A stretch of DNA of 64,000 nucleotides from a virus: the UHGV virus genome UHGV-0277313; one strand, 5' to 3'. Shown one piece after another: positions 56,087 through 64,000 of this stretch (positions are counted from its first letter, which is position 1; each line of letters opens with the position of its first letter). The notes under the pieces are model-generated. The model was not told where the DNA came from and ran no database searches. It saw only the letters and a list, made by a program, of their open reading frames with translations. The position numbers and the translations under genes are program-made.

Positions 56087-57061
56087 ATGAGTGCTTTAAT
56101 TGAATCATTTAGAAATGCAGTTTATGAAAAACTTGTTGAGATGGGATCAATAACAGTCTTTTCATATGATGACATTGATTTTATTTATGATAAAATTTTT
56201 AAATCATCAGATGAGTTTAAAGATTTGTGTGATGAATATAAAGCAAAGTATCTAAAAGTTTATGAACCTTATTATGATCTTGAAACATTTGATTTAACTA
56301 AAGTAACTCGTGTATTAAAAATTGTAAAGAATGATAGAATAGTGGGGTATGTGACTTTTTATGTTTATGAAAAAGTTAATGCTGAAATTGATTTCTTTAC
56401 TAAAGAGTCCCGTTATAACGAAGCGGTAGAAAAGTTAATCAAAAAACTTAATAAAAACATCTGTGAACAGATTGGGTTAGGTGAAATAGAAAACATATTC
56501 GCAACGTCACATAATCAAAAATCTCATACAGAGTTGTTTGAAAAGTGTTTAGATTTTTATTCCGTTGAATTTTATAAACCTGTTGAAAATCTTAAATTTG
56601 ATGTAAAAGATAAATTGGTTATTTCAAAAAAGGTTGAGGGCACTTACTTTGATTTTATCTTTGATCAAAAAGCCTTTAATTCTGAAAGATTAATCAAAAT
56701 GGATCATGATTTCTTTAAAGATGAACAAAAGAATGCTGGTACAGATTTTAAATACAGAGATCCAAACTATGATGTAACTATTAAAATCGTTGACAGAAAT
56801 AAAGATGTTGACGTTGGTTTCATTGGGCTTAGGATGTTCAATAAAGGAATTGTTACAGTTTCTGTTTATATCGAAAATAAATATCGTGGTTTAGGTTTAT
56901 ATTCTTACTTTATTGATCATTTTAATTTATTTACACGTTTATTTAAACAGGAAATCAATTGGTTGTCGATTTATGTTTATGCTAAAAATAAGACTTCGAT
57001 GAGTGTTCACAATAAACTTTTAGGTGAAGCTAAAATCAAGACTTTCTATAAAGGCATTTAA
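56087..57061 (+). CDS. putative GNAT-fold N-acetyltransferase (tandem-domain), 324 aa
   Basis: C-terminal IVTVSVYIENKYRGLGLYSYFIDHF matches GNAT motif A (beta-strand, then R/Q-x-x-G-x-G/A). The N-terminal half has a similar strand (RIVGYVTFYVYEK) without the motif. Confidence 0.35.
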   Translation: MSALIESFRNAVYEKLVEMGSITVFSYDDIDFIYDKIFKSSDEFKDLCDEYKAKYLKVYEPYYDLETFDLTKVTRVLKIVKNDRIVGYVTFYVYEKVNAEIDFFTKESRYNEAVEKLIKKLNKNICEQIGLGEIENIFATSHNQKSHTELFEKCLDFYSVEFYKPVENLKFDVKDKLVISKKVEGTYFDFIFDQKAFNSERLIKMDHDFFKDEQKNAGTDFKYRDPNYDVTIKIVDRNKDVDVGFIGLRMFNKGIVTVSVYIENKYRGLGLYSYFIDHFNLFTRLFKQEINWLSIYVYAKNKTSMSVHNKLLGEAKIKTFYKGI

Positions 57062-57101
57062 TCAGTTCTATTGGATATAATTTAAACATTTAAGGTGGAA
57101 C

Positions 57102-57626
57102 ATGTCAGAATTTGAATACAATCAGATGATTGAGTATATTGACGGGACTTTTGATGAAAATTTCAACGCTGCACGTCAATGGGCGATGTTACATAATACA
57201 ACATTTGAAGAAAATGTTGAGATGCGAGAAGAGTTTGTCGGGAAACGTATGGAAACATATCAGGATCCTGAAACTGGTGCAGAAGTTGAAAAGGAAGTAA
57301 ATTATCCGACTTTAAAAAGATTTTGGTTTATTGGCGAAGAACCAAAACCATATGTTCCTCCTGAACCGACAGTTGATGAGTTACAATTAAACGCACGACA
57401 GGTTCGTAATACATATATGGAATCTACCCAGAACCGTATTGACAGATACCGAAATCAAAAAGAGATTGGTATAAAGACAACAGATTCGGAAGCAACATAC
57501 AAGTTATTGCTTCAGTATACGCAATATTTGCGCGATTACCCGAATGGTGAAAACTGGTGGGTTAGTACCTGTAAAACATTTGATGAATTCGTGTTTGAAA
57601 ACGAAGCAAGTGAGGAAGAGGTTTAA
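57102..57626 (+). CDS. possible tail-fibre assembly chaperone (Tfa-like), 174 aa
   Basis: Located between the two adhesin paralogs. C-terminal SEATYKLLLQYTQYLRDYPNGENWW is reminiscent of Tfa-family C-termini. Weak evidence. Confidence 0.3.
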   Translation: MSEFEYNQMIEYIDGTFDENFNAARQWAMLHNTTFEENVEMREEFVGKRMETYQDPETGAEVEKEVNYPTLKRFWFIGEEPKPYVPPEPTVDELQLNARQVRNTYMESTQNRIDRYRNQKEIGIKTTDSEATYKLLLQYTQYLRDYPNGENWWVSTCKTFDEFVFENEASEEEV

Positions 57627-57629
57627 AAA

Positions 57630-58325
57630 ATGCCGATTTATAAAGGTAGCAGTATTCTCTCAAAAATCACCAGTGGGTGGTGGGTAGATGCGGTTTACCG
57701 TGGTGCCAGTTTAATTTATACTGCAAGAACTTTTCCTAAAGATACCATAATTGCGAATAGTGCTATTGGTGATGAAACGGGATATTTTACCTTAAAAAAT
57801 AAACAGAAGTTTTATGTAGAAATGTATGGTGGCGGTGCTGGCGGATCTTCATCTCAACGTGATAGTAAGTGGTTCTATGGCCCAGGAGGAAGCGGGGCTG
57901 GTTTTGTTGGGGTGGTTGAACTTTTACAAGGCGTTTACACTTGGAAAGTTGGAGCAGCTGGCTATGGTTGGAATATAAACAACCAATTAAATATGAGTGG
58001 TTCGGTTGCTGGCGGTGATAGTTCATTAATAAACACTTCAACTGGTGAGACATATATATTAGCTGGAGGCGCACCAGCTAATCATGAAGTTTTGAGTACG
58101 CAAGGCGGTACTTTTACAAAAGCTGGTGGAATCCTTACGGTTAAGGAAGTTTCAGTTATTTCATTTACCAAAAAATCTAATGGGAATCCAAGCCAAGCAA
58201 ACAACACGCCTGGCGTTTCTTTATATGATGGTACTTTACAAGGATATGGAGCTGGGAACAACTCATTTATCAATGGCGACACTCGTTATGCTATTGGTGG
58301 TTTTATCCATATAAAAGCTTTATGA
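57630..58325 (+). CDS. 38: gp38-like glycine-rich-motif tail-fibre adhesin, paralog B (231 aa)
   Basis: YGGGAGGSSSQ, GPGGSGAGFVGVV, GAAGYGWN, VAGGDSS, AGGAPAN and YGAGNN glycine-rich motifs. N-terminal MPIYKGS... parallels paralog A. Confidence 0.6.
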   Translation: MPIYKGSSILSKITSGWWVDAVYRGASLIYTARTFPKDTIIANSAIGDETGYFTLKNKQKFYVEMYGGGAGGSSSQRDSKWFYGPGGSGAGFVGVVELLQGVYTWKVGAAGYGWNINNQLNMSGSVAGGDSSLINTSTGETYILAGGAPANHEVLSTQGGTFTKAGGILTVKEVSVISFTKKSNGNPSQANNTPGVSLYDGTLQGYGAGNNSFINGDTRYAIGGFIHIKAL

Positions 58326-58575
58326 TTTATAGAAGAAAATAAATAACTTTATAGCATTGTGATCAAATTTATGAAATTGCTAAAGTTATTTGAATTACAA
58401 CTATGTGTCATCGTTTTCTTTTATATTTTTTAAAAGCTCATTCATTAAAGCACAGTATAATTCTAAAGATATCTTGTGACCGCCGATTAATTTGTGTGCG
58501 TCAACAATTTTATAAAGTCGTGATGCACATAATTTTAAAGCAGGACAGTCTAAACAATTTACTTCATCTAGCATT

Positions 58576-61500
58576 TTATTGTAATTTAAGATATTGATTT
58601 AGAAATTTAGATTCTAGTTTAGCAAGGTAATTTATTTTTCCTGCACGCAAATCTGCTTTTTTAAATATAGTAGCGTTAGAAGAAGGATTACGCTTGAATG
58701 ATTCTAACATATCGTCGAAATCAGATATGTTATCATTATGCAAATCTGATTGAATATTGTCAATTTCTTTAACTAAATCATCAAATAATTTATCAGTATC
58801 TTTTTTGTATTTGTTTAGAAGTTGTGATAAATCCTGTTCAATGTTGACTTCGTTAAGACTTGAGATAGTTTTAATAATTGTGTCTTTTGAATTGTCTTTC
58901 AAAATATTGTCATTAGAATTTATTAAAGCATCCGTTTGATCTTCAAATGTTTTGACATATTGTTTTTTAAGTTCAGGAATATTTTCAACATACTTTTCTA
59001 ATACATTTTCAATATTTTGTAGTGATGTAGAAATCTTGTCTTTTAAAGATTTTTCATCAATCAAATTTGGCATTTGAGGTTTTTCTTTAGATTGCTTAAA
59101 TGCATTGAACGATGTGATATTATTATTGTTTTTTCTGTAGTTAGCAATATCAGCTCTATATTTTGAAATACGTTTTTCATTTAGGTTATTCAAATAATTG
59201 TAGATATTTTCAACAACAGAATTTAGTCTAAACATGTATGTGAGGTATGCAATTCCTGTTTCATTCAACATACCTTTATTTGCAAAATTTAAAAATTTAT
59301 CACAGTTGTCTTTGTATCTGCTGAAATCGATTGCATTTATATTTTCAATAGATGTATTTTTAATTTCATCTCCTAGTGATGAAAAATCAAGGAAAGAAGC
59401 TTCATTTTTGAATTGTAAAAAGAATGTATCATTACTCTTTTTGAATCTATCCAATTTTGTGATAAAATTAGATTCTTTACCAAAGTCTTTTAGAAGTGTT
59501 TGAGTTAATTCAGAGATTTCACTTGAAAGTTCTTCCTTTTTTTCATTTAAATCAGGTAAGTTTCCGTCAGCATTTCTTATCTGATTTTTAATTTTATTTA
59601 ATTCATCAATTTTATTTTGCGTTGTTTCTAAAGTTGTTTTTGCTGAAATGATATTATCTTTAAAATTTTCAATTTCAGCTCTTTGAGATGTATCAACTTT
59701 ACCTTTTGTAAATTTTATCTTTTTTATTTGATGAATTAATGAATTGATTACAAATGTTAAAAGTTCGTTATTATTGGTAATTGTGACTGCGCTCAAAGGT
59801 GTTGCAAGATCAAATGCTTTATCAAATAAGATAATTGAGTCATTATTTATTTGAATAATGTCAGAAGTAAATTTAGGTTCGATTGATTTCAAGTAAGTTA
59901 AATCAAGTTCAATTTTAGGTTCAGTAACGTTTATTTGTTTAGGCTCTTCTGGCTTACTATCGTTTTTGGTGTTAATGGTAGTGTCAATTTTTTCTTTATT
60001 ATCATCAAAGTTAAATTTGATATCTTTTTCATTATCAGCAATAGCTTCATTAATAATGTCATTAACGGTATTAACAAAATTTTTACCGTCTTCTATTTCG
60101 CTAGCAAGATTGCATAAGTATTCTGCATCATCACCTGAACAGTAATTGATGATAAAGACGCGTGCTTTTGGTGTTAAAGCAATCAAGAAAAGGATGCATT
60201 TCTCAAATCTAAAAGCATCAATTTTATTGTTTAGTGTTTCAAAAAACTTTGCTTTTTCGGCATCATTTAATGTTTTAAGAATTTTATTAATCTTTACTGT
60301 ATAATTAGAATGTTTTTGTTTATCTCCGAACAAGTCTTGGAAACGCTGATAAATACCTTTAATCGCTTGTGTTTTTTTAGCAATTTCCAATAATTCCTTA
60401 TATTTATTTTCATCATCTGAATCTAAAGTAGAGTTGTCATCTGAATTAAAGAAGTCAATGTCGTTATTATCAGCGTCATTTACATTTGTATGTATAACAT
60501 TTGGTGAATCATTAAATTGGAAAATTTTTCTTTCTTCTTTGTCAGAGTTTAAGAATCGAGCAATTTCAGATCCGAGTTTTTTTGATTTTGAGTAATCACG
60601 AACAAAAGATTCCAGTTGTAATTTATCGTTTACATTTAAGTCAGCGTATTTTATAGCAAGTTCTGGAGTTTTTGTGTTATATAGTTGAGCAAATCTGTTT
60701 AAAAACAAATTGACATTTGGTGAATCACCTGTTGAGGGGATACCATATTTTTTCTGTTGTTGAATACATGTTAAGACGTTGTCTAAATTGTATATATTTT
60801 TATAAAGGATATCTTGGACTTCTTCCGGAACTTTAGTAATTGTAGTTGGTTGTACTCCTTTTTCAAACAATTTTTCAAACATATCAAAAGTGTTGCGCAA
60901 ATTGTTATGATTAATGTGATAAATATCAACAATTGAATCAACAGACTGTTGAGCGATGTAATCTTGAGTGTTTTTATCTTGTTTATAAAAAGCATTCAAG
61001 AATCCTTCAATGAGTTCATCAACTTTTTGAAGTTTTTGGAATTTTGTTAGATTTTCAGGTTGGTTGTTTTTATTCTCATTAGGGTATTGCTGTTTTGCAT
61101 ATGCATCTGCAGCCAATCGTAGAGTATCACGATTATCTTTATCAATCTTTTTTAATTCATCATCTTTAGCTTTTTTGTCGCTGGCATCAATAGATTGTTT
61201 CGTTTCAGCAGCTTCTTTAGTTTCAACTTTTATAGAGAGACTGTCTAAAAAGTCATTACGAAATTGTTCGTTTGTAGCAAAAAGATAGTAATATTTTTCT
61301 GGCAGTGTAGATAAAACGCTTGCACCAAATTTTTTTTTGCTGACAGCTTCTTCCCAAAATAGCAAACTGTTGAATAGTTTTTTATTTTTTTGTGATAAAC
61401 GAAGAAGATTTCTTGCAATACTAGGTGGTAATTCAGCAAGACATAAACGTGCATTATCAGATAAATTTAAAAATTGTTTGCGACTTATGTCATCTGAAAG

Positions 61501-62247
61501 TTCGTTATAAAACTTTTGAGATTCTTCATCTGTTATTTCTTTGTTGTCGTAATGAAATGTTTTTAGTGCTGTTAATAAAGAATCTATTACTTTTTCATCG
61601 TTTTGCAATTTTTTTGAATTAAAAATATCTGTAAGTGAAAAATAATTTTTATCAAAAAAATCTTTTTTATCTTTATCTGTCAGCAACAGAAAAGCCGTTT
61701 GTAATTCTGGATAAAAGCTTAAATTATTATATACATATAGAAGTTCACTATTTTTTACAAATTCAAATGGTTTGTTAATTTGTGTAATGTGTCTGTTTCC
61801 TGAAGTTGCTAAATAGTACAAATCATACGACAGTTCGTTGGCAACATCTTCAGGGTTGTTTTTATAAACATCTTTTAGTTGATGCACAAACCAATCTGCA
61901 ACATCGTTTGTTAAAAATGGCAGAGCAGCAACAAGTTGTTCATTGCCGTCAGACACTAGTGTATTATAAAATTTTAAAACATTTTCATGTTGAAAAATTT
62001 TTAAAGGGTCTTCAATCTTAATTAACTCATCACGTTTATTTGGATTAACATATTTACAAATATTGTATAAAATGTCTTGAAGCTGATCAAGTGTGTTTTG
62101 ATCAGAATTTTTGTATAGGTTTTCCAAACGTCTGTTCAATAATTTAAATAAAGAGACCTTATCGCCTCTGTAATGTTTAAGGTCATTTATTTCTTCTTGA
62201 GAAATAGATTCTTTGATACCGAAAAGTGTTTCAAAATCATTAGACAT
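58576..62247 (-). CDS. giant ORFan (1223 aa), N/K/D-rich, predicted all-helical, on the opposite strand within the late module
   Basis: 3.67-kb uninterrupted ORF, far too long to be chance in AT-rich DNA. No nucleotide-binding or catalytic motif recognised. Convergent with the adhesin gene. Divergent from gp27 across a 50-nt spacer. Confidence 0.6.
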   Translation of the reverse strand: MSNDFETLFGIKESISQEEINDLKHYRGDKVSLFKLLNRRLENLYKNSDQNTLDQLQDILYNICKYVNPNKRDELIKIEDPLKIFQHENVLKFYNTLVSDGNEQLVAALPFLTNDVADWFVHQLKDVYKNNPEDVANELSYDLYYLATSGNRHITQINKPFEFVKNSELLYVYNNLSFYPELQTAFLLLTDKDKKDFFDKNYFSLTDIFNSKKLQNDEKVIDSLLTALKTFHYDNKEITDEESQKFYNELSDDISRKQFLNLSDNARLCLAELPPSIARNLLRLSQKNKKLFNSLLFWEEAVSKKKFGASVLSTLPEKYYYLFATNEQFRNDFLDSLSIKVETKEAAETKQSIDASDKKAKDDELKKIDKDNRDTLRLAADAYAKQQYPNENKNNQPENLTKFQKLQKVDELIEGFLNAFYKQDKNTQDYIAQQSVDSIVDIYHINHNNLRNTFDMFEKLFEKGVQPTTITKVPEEVQDILYKNIYNLDNVLTCIQQQKKYGIPSTGDSPNVNLFLNRFAQLYNTKTPELAIKYADLNVNDKLQLESFVRDYSKSKKLGSEIARFLNSDKEERKIFQFNDSPNVIHTNVNDADNNDIDFFNSDDNSTLDSDDENKYKELLEIAKKTQAIKGIYQRFQDLFGDKQKHSNYTVKINKILKTLNDAEKAKFFETLNNKIDAFRFEKCILFLIALTPKARVFIINYCSGDDAEYLCNLASEIEDGKNFVNTVNDIINEAIADNEKDIKFNFDDNKEKIDTTINTKNDSKPEEPKQINVTEPKIELDLTYLKSIEPKFTSDIIQINNDSIILFDKAFDLATPLSAVTITNNNELLTFVINSLIHQIKKIKFTKGKVDTSQRAEIENFKDNIISAKTTLETTQNKIDELNKIKNQIRNADGNLPDLNEKKEELSSEISELTQTLLKDFGKESNFITKLDRFKKSNDTFFLQFKNEASFLDFSSLGDEIKNTSIENINAIDFSRYKDNCDKFLNFANKGMLNETGIAYLTYMFRLNSVVENIYNYLNNLNEKRISKYRADIANYRKNNNNITSFNAFKQSKEKPQMPNLIDEKSLKDKISTSLQNIENVLEKYVENIPELKKQYVKTFEDQTDALINSNDNILKDNSKDTIIKTISSLNEVNIEQDLSQLLNKYKKDTDKLFDDLVKEIDNIQSDLHNDNISDFDDMLESFKRNPSSNATIFKKADLRAGKINYLAKLESKFLNQYLKLQ

Positions 62248-62257
62248 TTTACATACC

Positions 62258-62265
62258 TATAAAAT
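62258..62265 (+). promoter_or_regulatory. candidate T4-type late promoter core (TATAAAAT) upstream of the gp27-like gene
   Basis: 7/8 match to the T4 late consensus TATAAATA. A similar TATAAAGA lies 29 nt upstream of ATG 19323, and TATAAAAA at 33093-33100. A canonical TATAAATA was not found upstream of most late genes. Confidence 0.2.
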
Positions 62266-62338
62266 ATAAACGCAGATATTTAAAGAACCGTAGTGTGTGA
62301 TTTTAAAGTTCTTTTTGTGTGACAACAGGGTGTTGAAT

Positions 62339-63520
62339 ATGGCTAATAATATTGTTTCTATATCAGTTTATATCAACGGTATTTTATTGAATGAATCAAA
62401 TTCAGTTGTATATAAAATCTTTATCGAAGAGTCTATAAGTAATGAATTTCCAAAGTTGGAGATGCATTTAGGTTTACGTGATGAATTTTTAACAAACCAC
62501 CCTGTTACAGATGGTTCAGCTATTAAGATTGAATTGCGTAAAGGAAGCAATATTAACATTTGTAATTTTAAAGTGTTTCATTATCAGGCAATGTCATCAC
62601 CATTAGGTGGAACTTTAGAATATCAGATAGTTGCGTATCATGAAGCTTTATGGTATTTATCAAAGATTGAAGATGAAGCCTATAATATGACTTCAGAATG
62701 TGCTTTTCATCGTATTGCAAATAAATCTGATTTAGGTTTTGATTCAGATCAAACGAATGATTCAATGGTTTGGTTTACTGTTGAAGGCAATCGCTTGAAT
62801 TTCATGAGAGAGATGTGTTTGCATGCGTGGGCAAACAAGTTTTCTATTTATGCATGGTGGGTTAGCAAAACAGGTGTTTTAAATTTTAAAAACATTGTAG
62901 ATCGTGTACAGCAGAAATCTAGATATGTTTTCGCCGAATCAAATGACATTCTTAACGAGTTAAAGACAGGGGTTCAACCAGTGACAAATGTTTCATATAC
63001 TGTTGAATCAGCTGTTAATAATTTCAGATTTGGTTACGGTAATAATTTATCATTTTTTGATACTGATAAAGTACAAAATAGAATCTTGTATCCTAGAGAA
63101 TTTCAAACAAATGTTCAATCGCTAAATATCGCAAAAGTTGGCCAGAATCAAAGTTGGATTTCCAGTGGTTTATCCTCCGAAAATGTTCATACGAATTATA
63201 AAAGAGCTGAAATTCAAAACAGACGTGGCTTGGCTTTATGGTCAACGGTTGTTACTTGTGTTGATCAATATTGTATTGATGTTGATATTGGTGATTGTAT
63301 TGAGTTTCTATTTAGAATTGATGGCAAAGAAGATTGTCAATTATTTTCAGGAAATTATTTAGTATCAGGAATTAGTTTCTTGATTGATTCGACGGATACG
63401 CCAGTACAGCAGATTACATTAGTTCGTCAAGGAATTTCTGTTCCTGTGTTTGACGCAACAACTGGTGAACAACCTTTTTCAAATTCGCAATTTGATCAGA
63501 ACGTTTTGGGACAACATTGA
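62339..63520 (+). CDS. 27: baseplate hub protein (T4 gp27-like), about 393 aa
   Basis: Immediately precedes and overlaps (TGATG) the gp5-like gene, as in T4. Size matches the 391-aa gp27. The caller start is GTG 62297; ATG 62339 with GGGTG SD is preferred. Confidence 0.5.
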   Translation: MANNIVSISVYINGILLNESNSVVYKIFIEESISNEFPKLEMHLGLRDEFLTNHPVTDGSAIKIELRKGSNINICNFKVFHYQAMSSPLGGTLEYQIVAYHEALWYLSKIEDEAYNMTSECAFHRIANKSDLGFDSDQTNDSMVWFTVEGNRLNFMREMCLHAWANKFSIYAWWVSKTGVLNFKNIVDRVQQKSRYVFAESNDILNELKTGVQPVTNVSYTVESAVNNFRFGYGNNLSFFDTDKVQNRILYPREFQTNVQSLNIAKVGQNQSWISSGLSSENVHTNYKRAEIQNRRGLALWSTVVTCVDQYCIDVDIGDCIEFLFRIDGKEDCQLFSGNYLVSGISFLIDSTDTPVQQITLVRQGISVPVFDATTGEQPFSNSQFDQNVLGQH

Positions 63521-64000
63521 TGTTATTAAAAGAGCCAATTTTACAAACAGATAAAATCTTTGTTGGTGTGGTTGTAGATAATAAGGATCCCGCGCGTATG
63601 CAACGTGTACGTGTAAAACTTCCTCAACATCCTTCAAATTTGGAAAATAAGGATATTCCGTGGTCTGTACCTGAAAAATCAGGATTGTTTGGTAGTGGTA
63701 ATGGTTTAGGTACTTTAGCTGTTCCTATTGAAGGTTCATTTGTATCGGTTCGTATGTGCCCTGATCAGTATTCAACTGTTTATACTCAAATACAAACAAT
63801 TACTGACGCTGACATTTCTAGTGGTTATCCGAATGCATATGGTTTTAAAGATGCAAATGGAAATCGAATAAGCATGGATCTTGTTAATAAACTTTTAAAA
63901 GTGTTAATGAATAGTGATGTGCAAATTTCACAATCAGGTGATGTTAAGATTAAATTGAATGGCAACTTGCATTTATATTGTAAGGGTTTATTTATGCAGT
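63520..64000 (+). CDS. 5: baseplate hub / tail-associated cell-puncturing protein (T4 gp5-like), N-terminal OB-fold part; continues beyond the window
   Basis: MLLKEPILQTDKIFVGVVVDNKDPARMQRVRVKLPQHPSNLENKDIPWS parallels T4 gp5 MEMISNNLNWFVGVVEDVMDPLKLGRVRVRVHGFYTDDIEDDDLPWA. Confidence 0.7.
   Translation, partial: MLLKEPILQTDKIFVGVVVDNKDPARMQRVRVKLPQHPSNLENKDIPWSVPEKSGLFGSGNGLGTLAVPIEGSFVSVRMCPDQYSTVYTQIQTITDADISSGYPNAYGFKDANGNRISMDLVNKLLKVLMNSDVQISQSGDVKIKLNGNLHLYCKGLFMQ

Overview
The window reads as a T4-like (Tevenvirinae-superfamily) myovirus segment. It is AT-rich, roughly 33% GC by eye, and split into two transcriptional blocks. Bases 1-13525 are almost entirely minus-strand early/DNA-metabolism genes: a LuxR-type HTH protein, a sigma-like protein, gp61-like primase, gp41/DnaB-like helicase, a UvsW-like SF2 helicase, two TnpB-like RuvC nucleases flanking a zinc-ribbon/lysine-rich protein, and several ORFans. 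A non-coding switch region at 13526-14340 carries a dense GATC/AGATCT cluster, a (TA)7 tract and a GC-rich island. From 14341 onward the genes are almost all plus-strand late/morphogenesis: gp20-like portal, a prohead protease fused to a coiled-coil scaffold, gp23-like major capsid protein, gp25, gp6, giant baseplate proteins, a long tail fibre, two gp38-like glycine-rich adhesins, and gp27 and gp5 hub proteins. Notable in the early block: the replicative helicase is encoded as two genes split by a DnaE-type split intein, and the UvsW-like helicase carries a contiguous mini-intein in its P-loop. Notable in the late block: three paralogous multi-domain homing-endonuclease-like genes (Vsr-like PD-(D/E)xK core) bracket the capsid gene; a bona fide GroES-GroEL operon sits between the head and baseplate genes; and a 1223-aa minus-strand ORFan lies inside the late gene block. 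The capsid gene and the scaffold C-terminus have strikingly higher GC and host-like optimal codons. No CRISPR array, tRNA or rRNA was found.
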